This document shows positions 18,153-28,894 of a stretch of 64,000 nucleotides of DNA, in pieces. A program made the position numbers and the translations under genes. The notes below the pieces were generated by a model. The model was given only the letters and a program-made list of their open reading frames with translations, did not search any database and was not told the origin of the DNA. The DNA is from Candidatus Methanomethylicia archaeon (GTDB lineage: Archaea; Thermoproteota; Methanomethylicia; Nezhaarchaeales; B40-G2), in assembly GCA_029259155.1 (NCBI GenBank), contig JAPDJI010000017.1, positions 77,759-141,758 of the forward strand, read 5' to 3'. How positions within the stretch are numbered: position 1 is the stretch's first letter; every line of letters begins with the position of its first letter.

Positions 18153-18623
18153 GTGACTCGTCAATCCTTTATTTTTACTCTAAGAGGAGTCTCACCTATA
18201 GTTTCGGTTTTATTAATGGTTGGCGTAGCTCTAGCTTTAGGTGGCTTTGTAAGCTTATACATGACATCCTATGTTTCATCTACCTCTCGTGTCGTAGGGA
18301 TCTCTATCACTGATGCCGCTCTCATCAAGTTGAATGACCACATCTACCTGTCTATTACTGTTAGGAATACTGGCAGCGTACCATGTCAGCTGTATAACAT
18401 CACCGTGCATACCTCTAACAAGGTCTACTACGTGACCCAACCGTTCAACATAAACCTCTCCCCTGGAGGAACTATCACTGTAACGGAGGCTGATCTACTA
18501 ACCCACGGCTGCGTCTTAAATCCCAATGACTTTGAGTTAGGTAGCAGTTACCTTGTTAGGGTATATGTCAAGAGCGGGGAAGAGCTGGTTTCATACTCCA
18601 TAACGGTCGTCTGTCAAGGGTGA
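18153..18623 (+). CDS. Type IV pilin (class III signal peptide)
   Basis: LRG|VSPIVSVLLMVGVAL. Confidence 0.85.
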   Translation: MTRQSFIFTLRGVSPIVSVLLMVGVALALGGFVSLYMTSYVSSTSRVVGISITDAALIKLNDHIYLSITVRNTGSVPCQLYNITVHTSNKVYYVTQPFNINLSPGGTITVTEADLLTHGCVLNPNDFELGSSYLVRVYVKSGEELVSYSITVVCQG

Positions 18624-18628
18624 TCTAA

Positions 18629-19078
18629 ATGAACATAAGGCTTCTTTTACACCGTAAGGGCGTATCTGAAGTTGTTGGCGCTCTTACTTTGACCCTCATA
18701 ACCATAGTGTTCATGTCCCTCGTGGCGAGCAACTATCTTGGCCGTTCTCGATCTACGACCTCAGTTTTCATTAGTCAACTTGAAGCTGAGCAGAGGAGTT
18801 TAATGGAGAAGTTCTGTGTAATCGATGCCTGTTTTAATGATGGCGTTACTCTTTGGGTCTTTAATAATGGTAAGGTGAGGTGCGAACTTGTTGAGGTTCT
18901 CGTAGGAGGGTATAGATTCCAGCTTAACCCTCACTTAGTTATTGAACCCTACGAAGTCCAGCCTTTACACCTCGAGTTTCCATGGACAGAGGGCTCATGC
19001 TACGTTTTCGTGTTGAGATCTTCTAGCGGAGGTGTTTTTAGGTATGAGGTCAAGGCGCCGTCAAGTACGTGGGATTAG
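18629..19078 (+). CDS. Type IV pilin-like minor subunit
   Basis: RKG|VSEVVGALTLTLITI. Confidence 0.82.
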   Translation: MNIRLLLHRKGVSEVVGALTLTLITIVFMSLVASNYLGRSRSTTSVFISQLEAEQRSLMEKFCVIDACFNDGVTLWVFNNGKVRCELVEVLVGGYRFQLNPHLVIEPYEVQPLHLEFPWTEGSCYVFVLRSSSGGVFRYEVKAPSSTWD

Positions 19079-21659
19079 CAGTATTATTGGAGGGCTAATA
19101 CTAATGCTGCTTTTCATGTCCATGATATACTCCTTACTTACCATTCAAAGGGAGCAGCAAGAATACTTCAATGCCTTAAAGGTCTATCACGAAGAAGAAG
19201 CGGAAAGAATAAGAGAAGATTTAGAGGTAAGTTTCGAGGATTTAGGTCAAGATATATTATTGAATGTTAAAAGCAGAGCACCTATTCCTGTTGAATTGTC
19301 GTACGTAGTCATAAACTATGGTGGTTTAAATGTAACGGTAATAAAACTGACGAATAACACTCTCGGACCTGGACTTAATACTACTCTAGGCCCTTATCCT
19401 AAGTTGAGGGCAGACTCTCAACTGAGCGTGAAAGTAATAACCAGTAGAGGAAACGTTTTCGAGGCTTACCAAACACTTTTAGAAAGGAGAACCGTTGGAA
19501 CATCAGTAGGTTCTCCTCCTACATATCCCTTCACAGGCTTTAGACAGTCCTCCTCAGGAGCTGTTAGATGCGCAGATGTGGACGACACAGGTAGATTTAT
19601 TGCCTTCGCGGATGAAACGACGTTACACCTCTTAAGAAGAGACGGTGAAGCTGTATTTAGCTACGAGATCGAAGACGGATACATCGCTCGCCGGGTTGAG
19701 GTCGTCGATGAAAACAACGTGGTTCTCCTCACCATTAAAGGCGACGAACACGCTAAGATTTACTGGGTTAGGGAAGGCGAGACTTACTGGTCATCTATAC
19801 TACCTTTACCTGCTAGTGGAAGTTTCTTAAGTATAGAAAAGGGTGACCGAGTAACGATATATTATCTGACATGTAACGGTGAACTATATGTATTCAATGA
19901 AGATGGTACATCGCAGGCCATAACCTTAGGATTTAATGGTGAGGTCTTTGTATCCACGGACAACGATCTAACAGCCATAGTTTACGTCTCCACCTCAGGA
20001 AGTGGCCACCTCATGCTTCTGAAGGAAGGGTCGGTTTTAAGAGCTGTCGATATAGCTTGGCTTTCAGGAATATGTGCAGTTGACCTTGATGTAGAGTACG
20101 GTAGAGTCGTCGTTGGAAGCTCTTTAATAGGCATATACGATTTAAACTTAAGAGAACTGAAAACCATAGAGCTACCATCAAACAGCTACGTGTTCTGGTT
20201 GAAGTGCGAAGGAAATAGAATAGCAGCTAGCGTGATTTACATAGATGCTTACTATTATGTCTCCTATTACTACACGAGGTGTATGGTCTATGACTATGAA
20301 GGAAACCTAATCTGGGATACTTCTCCGCGTTACGAAGGCAACTCTTGGTACTACAGTATATACTCTTTCATACCCCTATATCCGGTTAAGGTCGATGTTA
20401 AAGGTAGAGTTTATGCTATATGGCCTAGCGGTAAATTAGGCGAAACAAACATTCTTCCCATCTATCAACCTGACGGTACTCTATACACGAGAGTCGAGTC
20501 AGAGTACGGGATGGTACATGTCTTTGACGTTAATGAGCATGGCTCCTTATTGGTATTAGGTACTGATGAAGGCTTACTTTACACTGGTATAGGCGAAAAT
20601 TCTCCTGGCTTCGAGGTAACTTTAAGCCAAGAACAAATCACTGTAGCTAGGGATGGTTTTCCCAAGGAGTTAACAGTTGAGGTTGCTCCCTATGAAGGTT
20701 ACTCAAGTAATATTGAGCTGGAAGTTTTAAGCTTACCTCAAGGCATAAATGTAGCGCTTGAATCTTCAACAGGTTCTCCACCTTTCACTTCCAGAATATT
20801 CATTCAAGCTAATGCTACGGCCAATACAGGTCAAAGCTTTATCTTGCCAATAGTTGCAGTAGGAGAAGATGGTACAAGAGATGCAGCTTACTTAATACTT
20901 AATGTTGGGGAGGTAACCATAGTAAAGAGGTCCGAAGGACTTCTGCTACATTACACCTTTAACACTGAATGGAGATGGTTATCTACTGGCGAGGGCTTTG
21001 AGGCTTCTTTCGAACCGTCTCTGCGTCGGTATACTATTAGTTTCGATTCTGATGAACCGGTCTCAGGATGGGGAGGTATATATGAAGGGGTGTATGTGCC
21101 TGAAGATTATCCTGCACCGATACGAATAAGAGTGAAACTTTCAGACACTCAGGCTCTTGACCCTACTAAAGTTGGGCGGTTGACTAAGAGGATTCAGGTT
21201 TATAGCCAGTCGCTTGGCTGGAGGACAGTATATGAGGAAGACGTAGCTGAAGATGATACTGAACCTGTCCTCATAGACGTAGAAGCAACTCCATGCTTTG
21301 CAAAAGGAGAAACCAACTTCATCTTCCTGCAGCTTTTCAGTTCAGGCTCAGCACCATTGAGAGCCTCAGTCTGCTTCATGTACGATCCTTATAATTCCAG
21401 CTTAACCATTTATGGCGAGGATGTAATACTCGTTAAGGGTTTAAAAGCCAACTTGAAAGTAGAGGTGTATAATGAATCGTGGTATTTACTAGCCAATGCC
21501 GTATGCCCCCCTGACAGCGATGAAGCGTTCGTTACACTAAATGGTCTTGGCCCTTCCAGTTTTCAGGGTTACATCGTGGTTAAGGATGGAGATAATGTTC
21601 TTTGTCAAACTGGCCTGGTGTGGATTAGCGGAGGCGACGTCTACCAAGTAAATCTTTAG
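19044..21659 (+). CDS. Large pilin-like adhesin (pilin N-domain + beta-propeller-like + Ig-like beta-rich domains)
   Basis: VRG|ISSIIGGLIL class III signal; VITSRGNVF pilin motif; long beta-rich repeats. Confidence 0.7.
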   Translation: MRSRRRQVRGISSIIGGLILMLLFMSMIYSLLTIQREQQEYFNALKVYHEEEAERIREDLEVSFEDLGQDILLNVKSRAPIPVELSYVVINYGGLNVTVIKLTNNTLGPGLNTTLGPYPKLRADSQLSVKVITSRGNVFEAYQTLLERRTVGTSVGSPPTYPFTGFRQSSSGAVRCADVDDTGRFIAFADETTLHLLRRDGEAVFSYEIEDGYIARRVEVVDENNVVLLTIKGDEHAKIYWVREGETYWSSILPLPASGSFLSIEKGDRVTIYYLTCNGELYVFNEDGTSQAITLGFNGEVFVSTDNDLTAIVYVSTSGSGHLMLLKEGSVLRAVDIAWLSGICAVDLDVEYGRVVVGSSLIGIYDLNLRELKTIELPSNSYVFWLKCEGNRIAASVIYIDAYYYVSYYYTRCMVYDYEGNLIWDTSPRYEGNSWYYSIYSFIPLYPVKVDVKGRVYAIWPSGKLGETNILPIYQPDGTLYTRVESEYGMVHVFDVNEHGSLLVLGTDEGLLYTGIGENSPGFEVTLSQEQITVARDGFPKELTVEVAPYEGYSSNIELEVLSLPQGINVALESSTGSPPFTSRIFIQANATANTGQSFILPIVAVGEDGTRDAAYLILNVGEVTIVKRSEGLLLHYTFNTEWRWLSTGEGFEASFEPSLRRYTISFDSDEPVSGWGGIYEGVYVPEDYPAPIRIRVKLSDTQALDPTKVGRLTKRIQVYSQSLGWRTVYEEDVAEDDTEPVLIDVEATPCFAKGETNFIFLQLFSSGSAPLRASVCFMYDPYNSSLTIYGEDVILVKGLKANLKVEVYNESWYLLANAVCPPDSDEAFVTLNGLGPSSFQGYIVVKDGDNVLCQTGLVWISGGDVYQVNL

Positions 21660-21677
21660 ATGGGATGGGTGCTTTAC

Positions 21678-23252
21678 ATGGTTTCTAAGGCGTTAAAGCT
21701 CGTTAGCAAGATCATCAAGAAAAAGGAGAAGAACCCTCTTCATGTTCCAATAATGTTTGAGCAGTCGCCTCTAATTTTCTGCACCATCGACAACGAGTAT
21801 CTGAGAAACTTACAAGTTGTGGAGTGTTACCAACTCAGCGATAGTAAGGTTAAGGTAACTATTGGAGTCAAAGAAGGGACAGGTTACTATTTAATAGAGG
21901 AACCAAAACTGAGCTACAGCGACTTATTATATTACGTTGCCTTAATGAAGGCACTTAAAACTACTGTTAAACCCTCTTCGCAGATGGATGAAGACCCAGC
22001 AGGATACCTTGAATCATACATAGATAAGGTTGCTGAAGAATACGGTTTAGATATCATAACAGGAGAAGTTAGAGAAAAGATCTTGTACTACATAAGGAGG
22101 GATACGTTAAGATATGGTCCTCTAACTCCTTTATTGGAAGACCCCAAAATAGAAGATATCTCAATCGAAGGTGTAAAGAAACCTGTTAGAGTGTTTCACC
22201 GAGATTTCAATGACCTAGACTGGTTAATAACTAACTTGAGGTTTGACGACGAACAGTTCATGGACCACTTTGTGGTCAAGCTTGTACACTTTTCAGGCAA
22301 GCATGTAAGCACTGCTTTCCCTATCGTCGATGCAGCCCTACCTGAAAACCATAGAATATCGGTCACCTACTCTCGTGAAATCACTCCCTTCGGCTCCTCT
22401 ATTACTATAAGGAAATTTAGGGAAGAACCGTTAACCATCTGCGACCTGATAAAGTGGAGAACGATCTCTCCACTGATGTCGGCTTACTGGTGGCTCCTCC
22501 TAGAGCATAAAATGTTTTTAATGATAGTGGGGCCAATGGCTAGCGGAAAGACGACTCTTCTTAATGCTCTCGCCACGCTGCTTAAGCCTAATTGGAAAGT
22601 AGTCTCAATAGAGGATAACCCTGAACTCCGCCTTCCCCATATAGGGTGGAAACCTCTTGTTGCCAGACATACCTACACCTTCGGTGAGTCGAGAACTGAG
22701 ATTAAGCTCTTCGACCTCGTTAAGTTGAGTTTGAGGGAAAGGGCCGATTTCATCATAGTGGGGGAGGTAAGAGGAGAGGAAGCATACGCACTGGTTCAAG
22801 CAGCTGCTTCAGGACATGGATGTGCCTGTACCTTCCATGGTGAAAGCTTCCAAACCATGGTGCAGAGATTAACCTCACCTCCCATAAATGTAAGTGAGTC
22901 TTTCATACCTTTAATAAGCAATGTCGCCATAATCAAGAGACTTACACCACTTGGAGGTAAACCTGTTAGGAGAGTTGTCGAGGTTTCTGAGGTTTTAAGC
23001 TCCAAGGAGTGTAGGCCTATTTTCGTTTGGGAGCCTCATCTCGATGTTCATGTACCTTTAACCGCTGAGGAACTAGTTGAAAAAAGCATAGTCCTATCGA
23101 GGATAGCTAACCTCTCAGGATGGAGCTTGTCACAGCTCAAAAAGGAACTTAGTGAACGAGAGAAGTTCCTCAAAGACCTCGTCAGGAGGGGGATAACATC
23201 ATTCAATGAAGTAGTAACCGAGCTTAGGGGTTTCTATACGAGGTGGGCTTAA
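21678..23252 (+). CDS. Type IV pilus assembly ATPase (FlaI/VirB11-like)
   Basis: YGPLTPLLEDPKIEDISIEG, SITIRKF, GPMASGKT, SIEDNPEL, IIVGEVRGEE. Confidence 0.95.
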   Translation: MVSKALKLVSKIIKKKEKNPLHVPIMFEQSPLIFCTIDNEYLRNLQVVECYQLSDSKVKVTIGVKEGTGYYLIEEPKLSYSDLLYYVALMKALKTTVKPSSQMDEDPAGYLESYIDKVAEEYGLDIITGEVREKILYYIRRDTLRYGPLTPLLEDPKIEDISIEGVKKPVRVFHRDFNDLDWLITNLRFDDEQFMDHFVVKLVHFSGKHVSTAFPIVDAALPENHRISVTYSREITPFGSSITIRKFREEPLTICDLIKWRTISPLMSAYWWLLLEHKMFLMIVGPMASGKTTLLNALATLLKPNWKVVSIEDNPELRLPHIGWKPLVARHTYTFGESRTEIKLFDLVKLSLRERADFIIVGEVRGEEAYALVQAAASGHGCACTFHGESFQTMVQRLTSPPINVSESFIPLISNVAIIKRLTPLGGKPVRRVVEVSEVLSSKECRPIFVWEPHLDVHVPLTAEELVEKSIVLSRIANLSGWSLSQLKKELSEREKFLKDLVRRGITSFNEVVTELRGFYTRWA

Positions 23253-23253
23253 C

Positions 23254-24912
23254 GTGCATTTAGGGGCTAAGCTCAAGGGATTGACAGGGGTGAAATCTAA
23301 TCCCCGCTTGATCAAACTCGCTAACCTCATTGCCAGCCGCGTAGAACAGGATCTTTCGAAAACGCTGTGGTTCATAGGACCTAGAGCATACTCCTTAAAG
23401 TTAATTAAGGTGGTTTTAACTTTAACCTTCATAACTGTCCTTATCAGCCTCGTGCTTTATGGCTTCTTTAAGAACCCACTTTTTTTCTTAATCATACTCT
23501 CTCCTCTCATGATACTTCTTGCTGGTATCTATGCTCCTAAGGTGGCTTCCCTAGAACGTAAGGCAGCTATAGAGGCTGAACTACCTCTATTCAGTGTGTT
23601 AGCCTCAGTTATGTCGGTTTCAGGGCTTTCGCTAATCCGATCCTTCGACACGGTCTCTGAGACGAAGCTCTTTCCGGCCATCTCCAAGGAAGCTATGCTG
23701 ATCAGGCGGAACTCTCTATACTTCAATAGAAGCCCGCTTGAAGCTTTAGAGGAGGTAGCTCGAAATCACCCCTCTGAGATTTTTAGGTTATGGATATTGG
23801 GGTATAGTAGTGTACTGAGGAGTGGAGGTGACGTAGCTTCTTATCTAGCATCCAAAGCCAAGGATTTTCTAAGATCGGTAGAACGTAAGTGGATGGGGTA
23901 TGCCAACACCACCAACGTCCTTGGCGAAGCCATACTGGCATTATTCCTTTTAACTCCTATGGCACTCTCCTTAATGGCACTTGTCTTCGTAGGAGAAGTT
24001 AGCTTATGGCTAAGTGATTTATACAATTTCTTGGTAGTTCCATCTTCAGCCCTGCTGGCATCTCTCTTTGTTCACCTCAGTCAACCTAAAACTTTTGATC
24101 GATACGACTTAGAGCCATGGATACCTCCCTCCCTCATAATGGGAACCTGTTCTCTGATTCCTTCCCTTACCTTACTAAGGCTTGAACTCTATGAAGCCCT
24201 CCTACTCTCCCTAATGGTATTGTCCTTCCCATTGGCTTATGCTTCAACTAAGCGGCTTAGAGCCTGCAATCAAGCTGAGAAGGTTCTTCCTGATTTTCTT
24301 AGAGACGTGACTGAGCATAGGAAGCTAGGTTTCGATGTAAAGGAAGCGGTGGTTAGGTTAAGTTATAGGCGCTATAATCAACACTTCGACCATTTACTTT
24401 CACAGATAAGACGTGCTCTCAGTTATGGAGCTTCATTTAAAGAGGCGGTGTTGTCAGTTAAGACCCCTTCATGGACCACTAGAGTAACCCTACTCATTAT
24501 AGAGCAAGTAGCAGAAAGCGGTGGAGGTAGTCCAGTAGTATTGGAGACACTTGCGAATTATATTGGTGATTATTATGGTGCTAAGGTAGCTGGAAAGTCC
24601 GGTGTAAAGCTTCAGGCCTACATAGGTTATGGGGCTCCAGCTTTCATGGTGATGGGCATGCTTCTACTAAAATCTCTAGGAGAGCAGTTTTCCTCGGCTA
24701 TAACCTCTCCACAACTAGCCTCCTTCTTCGCTGGCTATCAACTCTTTTCCCAAGTCTTGTCATCCATAATGGTCACCATAGTGGTTTCCTCCTTTATTAT
24801 AGGCGTGATAGTAGCCAAGGTATCTGATTTAACCTTCCTTAGTTTTAAGCATCCTCTTATCTGTCTTTCCTCAGCCGCAATCTCTATCAAGGTAACTCCT
24901 CTCCTCATATAG
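23254..24912 (+). CDS. Type IV pilus membrane platform protein (TadC/FlaJ-like, two T2SSF domains)
   Basis: IEAELPLF, LEEVARNHPS, LPDFLRDV, ESGGG; multiple TM segments; follows the ATPase. Confidence 0.9.
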   Translation: MHLGAKLKGLTGVKSNPRLIKLANLIASRVEQDLSKTLWFIGPRAYSLKLIKVVLTLTFITVLISLVLYGFFKNPLFFLIILSPLMILLAGIYAPKVASLERKAAIEAELPLFSVLASVMSVSGLSLIRSFDTVSETKLFPAISKEAMLIRRNSLYFNRSPLEALEEVARNHPSEIFRLWILGYSSVLRSGGDVASYLASKAKDFLRSVERKWMGYANTTNVLGEAILALFLLTPMALSLMALVFVGEVSLWLSDLYNFLVVPSSALLASLFVHLSQPKTFDRYDLEPWIPPSLIMGTCSLIPSLTLLRLELYEALLLSLMVLSFPLAYASTKRLRACNQAEKVLPDFLRDVTEHRKLGFDVKEAVVRLSYRRYNQHFDHLLSQIRRALSYGASFKEAVLSVKTPSWTTRVTLLIIEQVAESGGGSPVVLETLANYIGDYYGAKVAGKSGVKLQAYIGYGAPAFMVMGMLLLKSLGEQFSSAITSPQLASFFAGYQLFSQVLSSIMVTIVVSSFIIGVIVAKVSDLTFLSFKHPLICLSSAAISIKVTPLLI

Positions 24913-24918
24913 GTGGAT

Positions 24919-25635
24919 ATGCGACTACCCTCTATCCTCGTCGGCACCAGCCCTTTCATAGGTGCTGGGCAATTCGGTTCTAGGGCCTCCCTTTACTATG
25001 AGAAGTTCTATGGCAAACCGTGGAACGTCAAGGAGGTCCTTGAGGAAGCTTATCTTCAGGGGGTCGAAGCCGTTCAGGCCTTACCCTTTAAGCATATTTA
25101 TGAGGCTATATCATTGCTAATGCGGCAAGGACTTAAACTAAAAGTATGGGGTTCACTTTCTCCTTCAAACCCTGAGAAGGGCTTTGACCTCTTCACGAAG
25201 CTTGAAGCCGAGGGTATAGCCATCCACGGTGAAACCAGCGATTCACTTAACGTGGAGGCGATCAGGGATTTAATTGATAGGATTAAGGAAGCGGGATGCT
25301 ATGCTGGCATGGCTGTTCATAGTCCAGGAATCGTCCTACCCTGGTTACTAGAAGAGGACTTAGAGGTGGATTTTCTCATAGTACCCTTCAACAAACTAGG
25401 CTTCTTCATGGACATAAACCCCGGGTCCCTCCTCAACCTGTTAAGGAAGGTGGGGAAGCCCGCGATGGCTATGAAGACGCTCGCAGCAGGAACATTAAGT
25501 CCTAGGGAGGCTCTGGAGTTTGTTTTAAGTCATCCCGAGTTTTCCTCTGTTGCTATTGGGGTTGCTTCAAGAGAGGAGGCGGCTGAGACCTTTAAGGTTG
25601 CTTTAGAGTTGTTAGGGACTAAGGACCTACGGTAG
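24919..25635 (+). CDS. Aldo/keto-reductase-like TIM barrel protein
   Basis: GTSPFIGAGQFG, VPFNKLG, AMKTLAAG, VAIGVASREE. Confidence 0.7.
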   Translation: MRLPSILVGTSPFIGAGQFGSRASLYYEKFYGKPWNVKEVLEEAYLQGVEAVQALPFKHIYEAISLLMRQGLKLKVWGSLSPSNPEKGFDLFTKLEAEGIAIHGETSDSLNVEAIRDLIDRIKEAGCYAGMAVHSPGIVLPWLLEEDLEVDFLIVPFNKLGFFMDINPGSLLNLLRKVGKPAMAMKTLAAGTLSPREALEFVLSHPEFSSVAIGVASREEAAETFKVALELLGTKDLR

Positions 25636-25683
25636 CCAAAGCTTTAACGAACCCTCCCACATATACCTCGGGGGAGGGAAGGC

Positions 25684-27480
25684 TTGCTTTATTCAGTGCT
25701 GGTTGATGCTTATGAGAGCTTAGAGAGGACCACCAAGAGACTGGAGATGACCGATATATTGGTAGGTCTTTTCAGAAAGGTTCCTACCGACCTCGTCGAT
25801 AAAGTGGTGTATCTCACCCAGGGCAAGCTTTACCCTGACTTCGTCGGTATAGAGCTAGGGATGGCTGAGAAGCTTGTTATGCGCAGTATAGCTGAAGCAG
25901 CTGGAGTGCAGATTAAGGTGGTTGAGGATGAGCTTAAGAGGATGGGTGATATTGGTAAGGCGGCTGAAAACATCTTAAGCAAGCCTAAAGCAGTGTCGCT
26001 TCTCGCCTTTATGGGAGGTGAACATAAGCCTGAGCCCTTGACCGTTAACAAGGTCTATGATACCCTTGAGAGGATAGCTAGGGCTTCGGGAGAAGGGGCT
26101 CAAGAGACCAAGATAACCTTACTTTCTGCTCTTCTCAAAGACTCCACTCCTAGAGAAGCTAGGTACATCTTAAGGACCGTGACTGGAAAACTTAGGTTAG
26201 GAATAGCGGATATGACCATTCTTGACGCTTTAGCTATTTCTTTCTGCGGGGGTAAGGAAGCTCGCCCTCTGATAGAGAGGGCCTATAACCTCTCGAGCGA
26301 CTTAGGCTTCGTAGCCAAGACTGCAGCTATGGAAGGTTTAGAGGGGATTAAAAAGTTCAAGATAACTGTCGGTAAGCCCATAAGACCCATGTTAGCTGAA
26401 CGCTTACCAACACCAGAAGAGGTTCTATCTAAACTAGGGGGTAAGTGTATAGCTGAGTATAAGTATGATGGTGAACGTATACAAGCGCATAAACAGGGGG
26501 ACAGGGTCCTCCTCTTTTCAAGGAGACTAGAGAACATAACACACCACTATCCGGATGCCTGCGAATTGTTGAGAAATTACATAAAGGCAGAGGAGGTCAT
26601 TGTGGAGTGCGAGTGTGTAGCCATAGATCCAGATACAGGCGAGCTTAGACCCTTCCAAGAACTCATGCATCGCAGGAGAAAGTACGGCATAGAAGATGCC
26701 ATGAAGATGTTTCCTGTCTCCCTCTTCATGTTTGACATTCTATATGTTGATGGAATAGACCTAACCCTTAAACCGTATCCTGAAAGACGTGAACACTTAT
26801 TGAAGGTGGTTCAGGAGGCTGATCGGATAAGAATAGCGGAGTTTAGGCTTATCGAGAGTCCTGAAGAGCTTGAAAAATTCTTTGAAGAAGCTGTGGCAGA
26901 CGGCTGTGAAGGAGTTGTGTGTAAATCGTTATCGCCTAACTCTATTTATCAGGCTGGTGCTAGGGGATGGCTCTGGATCAAGCTTAAGAGGTCATACCAG
27001 GCCAAGATGAGGGATACAGTGGACCTCGTACCCATAGGAGCTTTCTACGGGAGAGGTAAAAGGGCTGGTACTTATGGTGCCCTACTGCTGGCGGCTTATG
27101 ACCCCGACACCGACACCTTTAAGACTGTGTCTAAGTGCGGCTCAGGCTTCAGCGACGAGGAATTAGCTAGGCTACCTGAACTGCTCAAACCGTACATTAT
27201 ACCTCATCAACATCCTAGAGTGGATTCCAGAGCTAAGCCTGACGTCTGGTTTGTTCCTGCACTTGTAGCGGAGATACTGGGAGACGAAATAACACTTTCA
27301 CCCATGGCTACAGCGGCCATGGGGGTAGTGAGGGAGGGGGCTGGCCTCTCTATAAGGTTTCCAAGGTTCATTAGGTGGAGGCCTGATAAGGGACCTGAAG
27401 ACGCCACGACTGTTAACGAGCTTCTGGAAATGTATCGTTCGCAGCTCAAGAAGATAGAAGCTGAAGAACAGAAGCCTTAA
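25684..27480 (+). CDS. lig: ATP-dependent DNA ligase
   Basis: EYKYDGER adenylation motif, EGVVCK, WIKLK, IRFPRF. Confidence 0.97.
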   Translation: MLYSVLVDAYESLERTTKRLEMTDILVGLFRKVPTDLVDKVVYLTQGKLYPDFVGIELGMAEKLVMRSIAEAAGVQIKVVEDELKRMGDIGKAAENILSKPKAVSLLAFMGGEHKPEPLTVNKVYDTLERIARASGEGAQETKITLLSALLKDSTPREARYILRTVTGKLRLGIADMTILDALAISFCGGKEARPLIERAYNLSSDLGFVAKTAAMEGLEGIKKFKITVGKPIRPMLAERLPTPEEVLSKLGGKCIAEYKYDGERIQAHKQGDRVLLFSRRLENITHHYPDACELLRNYIKAEEVIVECECVAIDPDTGELRPFQELMHRRRKYGIEDAMKMFPVSLFMFDILYVDGIDLTLKPYPERREHLLKVVQEADRIRIAEFRLIESPEELEKFFEEAVADGCEGVVCKSLSPNSIYQAGARGWLWIKLKRSYQAKMRDTVDLVPIGAFYGRGKRAGTYGALLLAAYDPDTDTFKTVSKCGSGFSDEELARLPELLKPYIIPHQHPRVDSRAKPDVWFVPALVAEILGDEITLSPMATAAMGVVREGAGLSIRFPRFIRWRPDKGPEDATTVNELLEMYRSQLKKIEAEEQKP

Positions 27481-27523
27481 ATCCCTTTAAGGGCTACCTC
27501 GCTTAGCCTAATAGGGGTTAAGT

Positions 27524-28567
27524 TTGAGGCTGATCAAGGAGGTTGGGAAAGCTAGAATACTTAACCCTTTGAAGGGCTTCGAGCTTGAAGAACAAGAGCT
27601 TGAGCGTAGATTCGATCCTTTGACAGGCTTTTCCACGATAGTGGCTAAGGGAAGGTTTCAGTATGTAAAGCGCTTCTTTGAACATGATGAGCAGCTACTG
27701 AGGAAGCTAGCCGAAGCTTCACAGCCAACCTGTCCGTTCTGTCCAGGTAAAGTAGAGGAGACCACTCCTAAGTTCCCGCCTGAGATGGTGGTTGAAGGGA
27801 GAATTAAAGTAGGTAGATGCTATGCGTTTCCAAGCCTACATGCTCATTCTGATCTTAACGCAGTGGTGGTGTTAGGGCCAAAGCATTACCTGAGCCTTAA
27901 GGAAATGGACGGAAACTTGCTTTATGAAGGTTTTAAGGCTGGACTTGAAGTTCTAAGAAGTGTTCATAGTGCTAACCCTTCCCTATCCTTCGCATCGTTA
28001 ATAATGAACTACCTTCCTACGGCTGGTTCAAGCATTATCCATCCACACATGCAAGTTCTCGCTTCAAGCCTTCCCTTCAATTATCTTCGCTTACTCTTGG
28101 CCAAAAGCTTTGAGCATTACTTGAACACTGCCTCAAATTACTGGAAGAAGCTAATCGAGTACGAGGAAATGATGGGTGAAAGGTTTATTGGGATGCATGG
28201 TAACGTGGCTTGGCTTACACCCTTCGCTCCTTCGAGACACTTCGAGGTGTGGGGAATAGTACAGGATAACTCGGACCTGCTTTCATTAAGCGATATGGAT
28301 TTACGTAGGATAGCGGAGGGCTTAGCTAAGGTCCTTTCCTTCTACCACAATAAGGGTCTATTCAGCTTCAACTTTGCTCTATATGCATCTCCTCTAGGAA
28401 GGCCGCTGGAATACTTTAATGTGATAATAAGAGTATGTGCTAGGCTAGGGTTAAAGGAACCCTTCCTCAACGACTTCTGGGCCATGCCAGCGCTGTTGAT
28501 GGAGAATGAAATCGTAGAGCTGCCTGAGGAATATGCTCTAGCCATTAAGCAGTGCTTTAAAGAATAA
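27524..28567 (+). CDS. Galactose-1-phosphate uridylyltransferase (GalT/HIT-like) family protein
   Basis: RFDPLTG, CPFCPG, AGSSIIHPHMQ. Confidence 0.85.
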   Translation: MRLIKEVGKARILNPLKGFELEEQELERRFDPLTGFSTIVAKGRFQYVKRFFEHDEQLLRKLAEASQPTCPFCPGKVEETTPKFPPEMVVEGRIKVGRCYAFPSLHAHSDLNAVVVLGPKHYLSLKEMDGNLLYEGFKAGLEVLRSVHSANPSLSFASLIMNYLPTAGSSIIHPHMQVLASSLPFNYLRLLLAKSFEHYLNTASNYWKKLIEYEEMMGERFIGMHGNVAWLTPFAPSRHFEVWGIVQDNSDLLSLSDMDLRRIAEGLAKVLSFYHNKGLFSFNFALYASPLGRPLEYFNVIIRVCARLGLKEPFLNDFWAMPALLMENEIVELPEEYALAIKQCFKE

Positions 28568-28820
28568 TTGAAGCCTCCATGCCAGCCACGCCTCCTGGAA
28601 GCGGTTTTCTAAACCTAGCCACGATGGTGCCTCCATCACCGTGAAGCGATACCACTCTACCTACGAAGGCTTTGTTCCCTCTCCACTTTAGCTCCACTTT
28701 AGCTCCTACAAGTCTAGCTGCTCCCTCCTTGCAGCCTACTCCCTCGACCTTTATTAAGGCTTCACGTTGATACTGCCTGTTCAACCCTCTTCTTACCCCT
28801 AAAACCCTTCCCTGCAACAT
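28557..28820 (-). CDS. rpl35ae: 50S ribosomal protein L35Ae (eL33)
   Basis: GVRRGLNRQY..ALIKVEGV, HGDGG..VARFRKPLP. Confidence 0.88.
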   Translation of the reverse strand: MLQGRVLGVRRGLNRQYQREALIKVEGVGCKEGAARLVGAKVELKWRGNKAFVGRVVSLHGDGGTIVARFRKPLPGGVAGMEASIIL

Positions 28821-28894
28821 GGCTTCCCTTCAGGGTTAAGCCTAGCGACATTAAAAAGCTAGCGGACGTAGAGAAGTGAGGGTTTTCTTAAACG

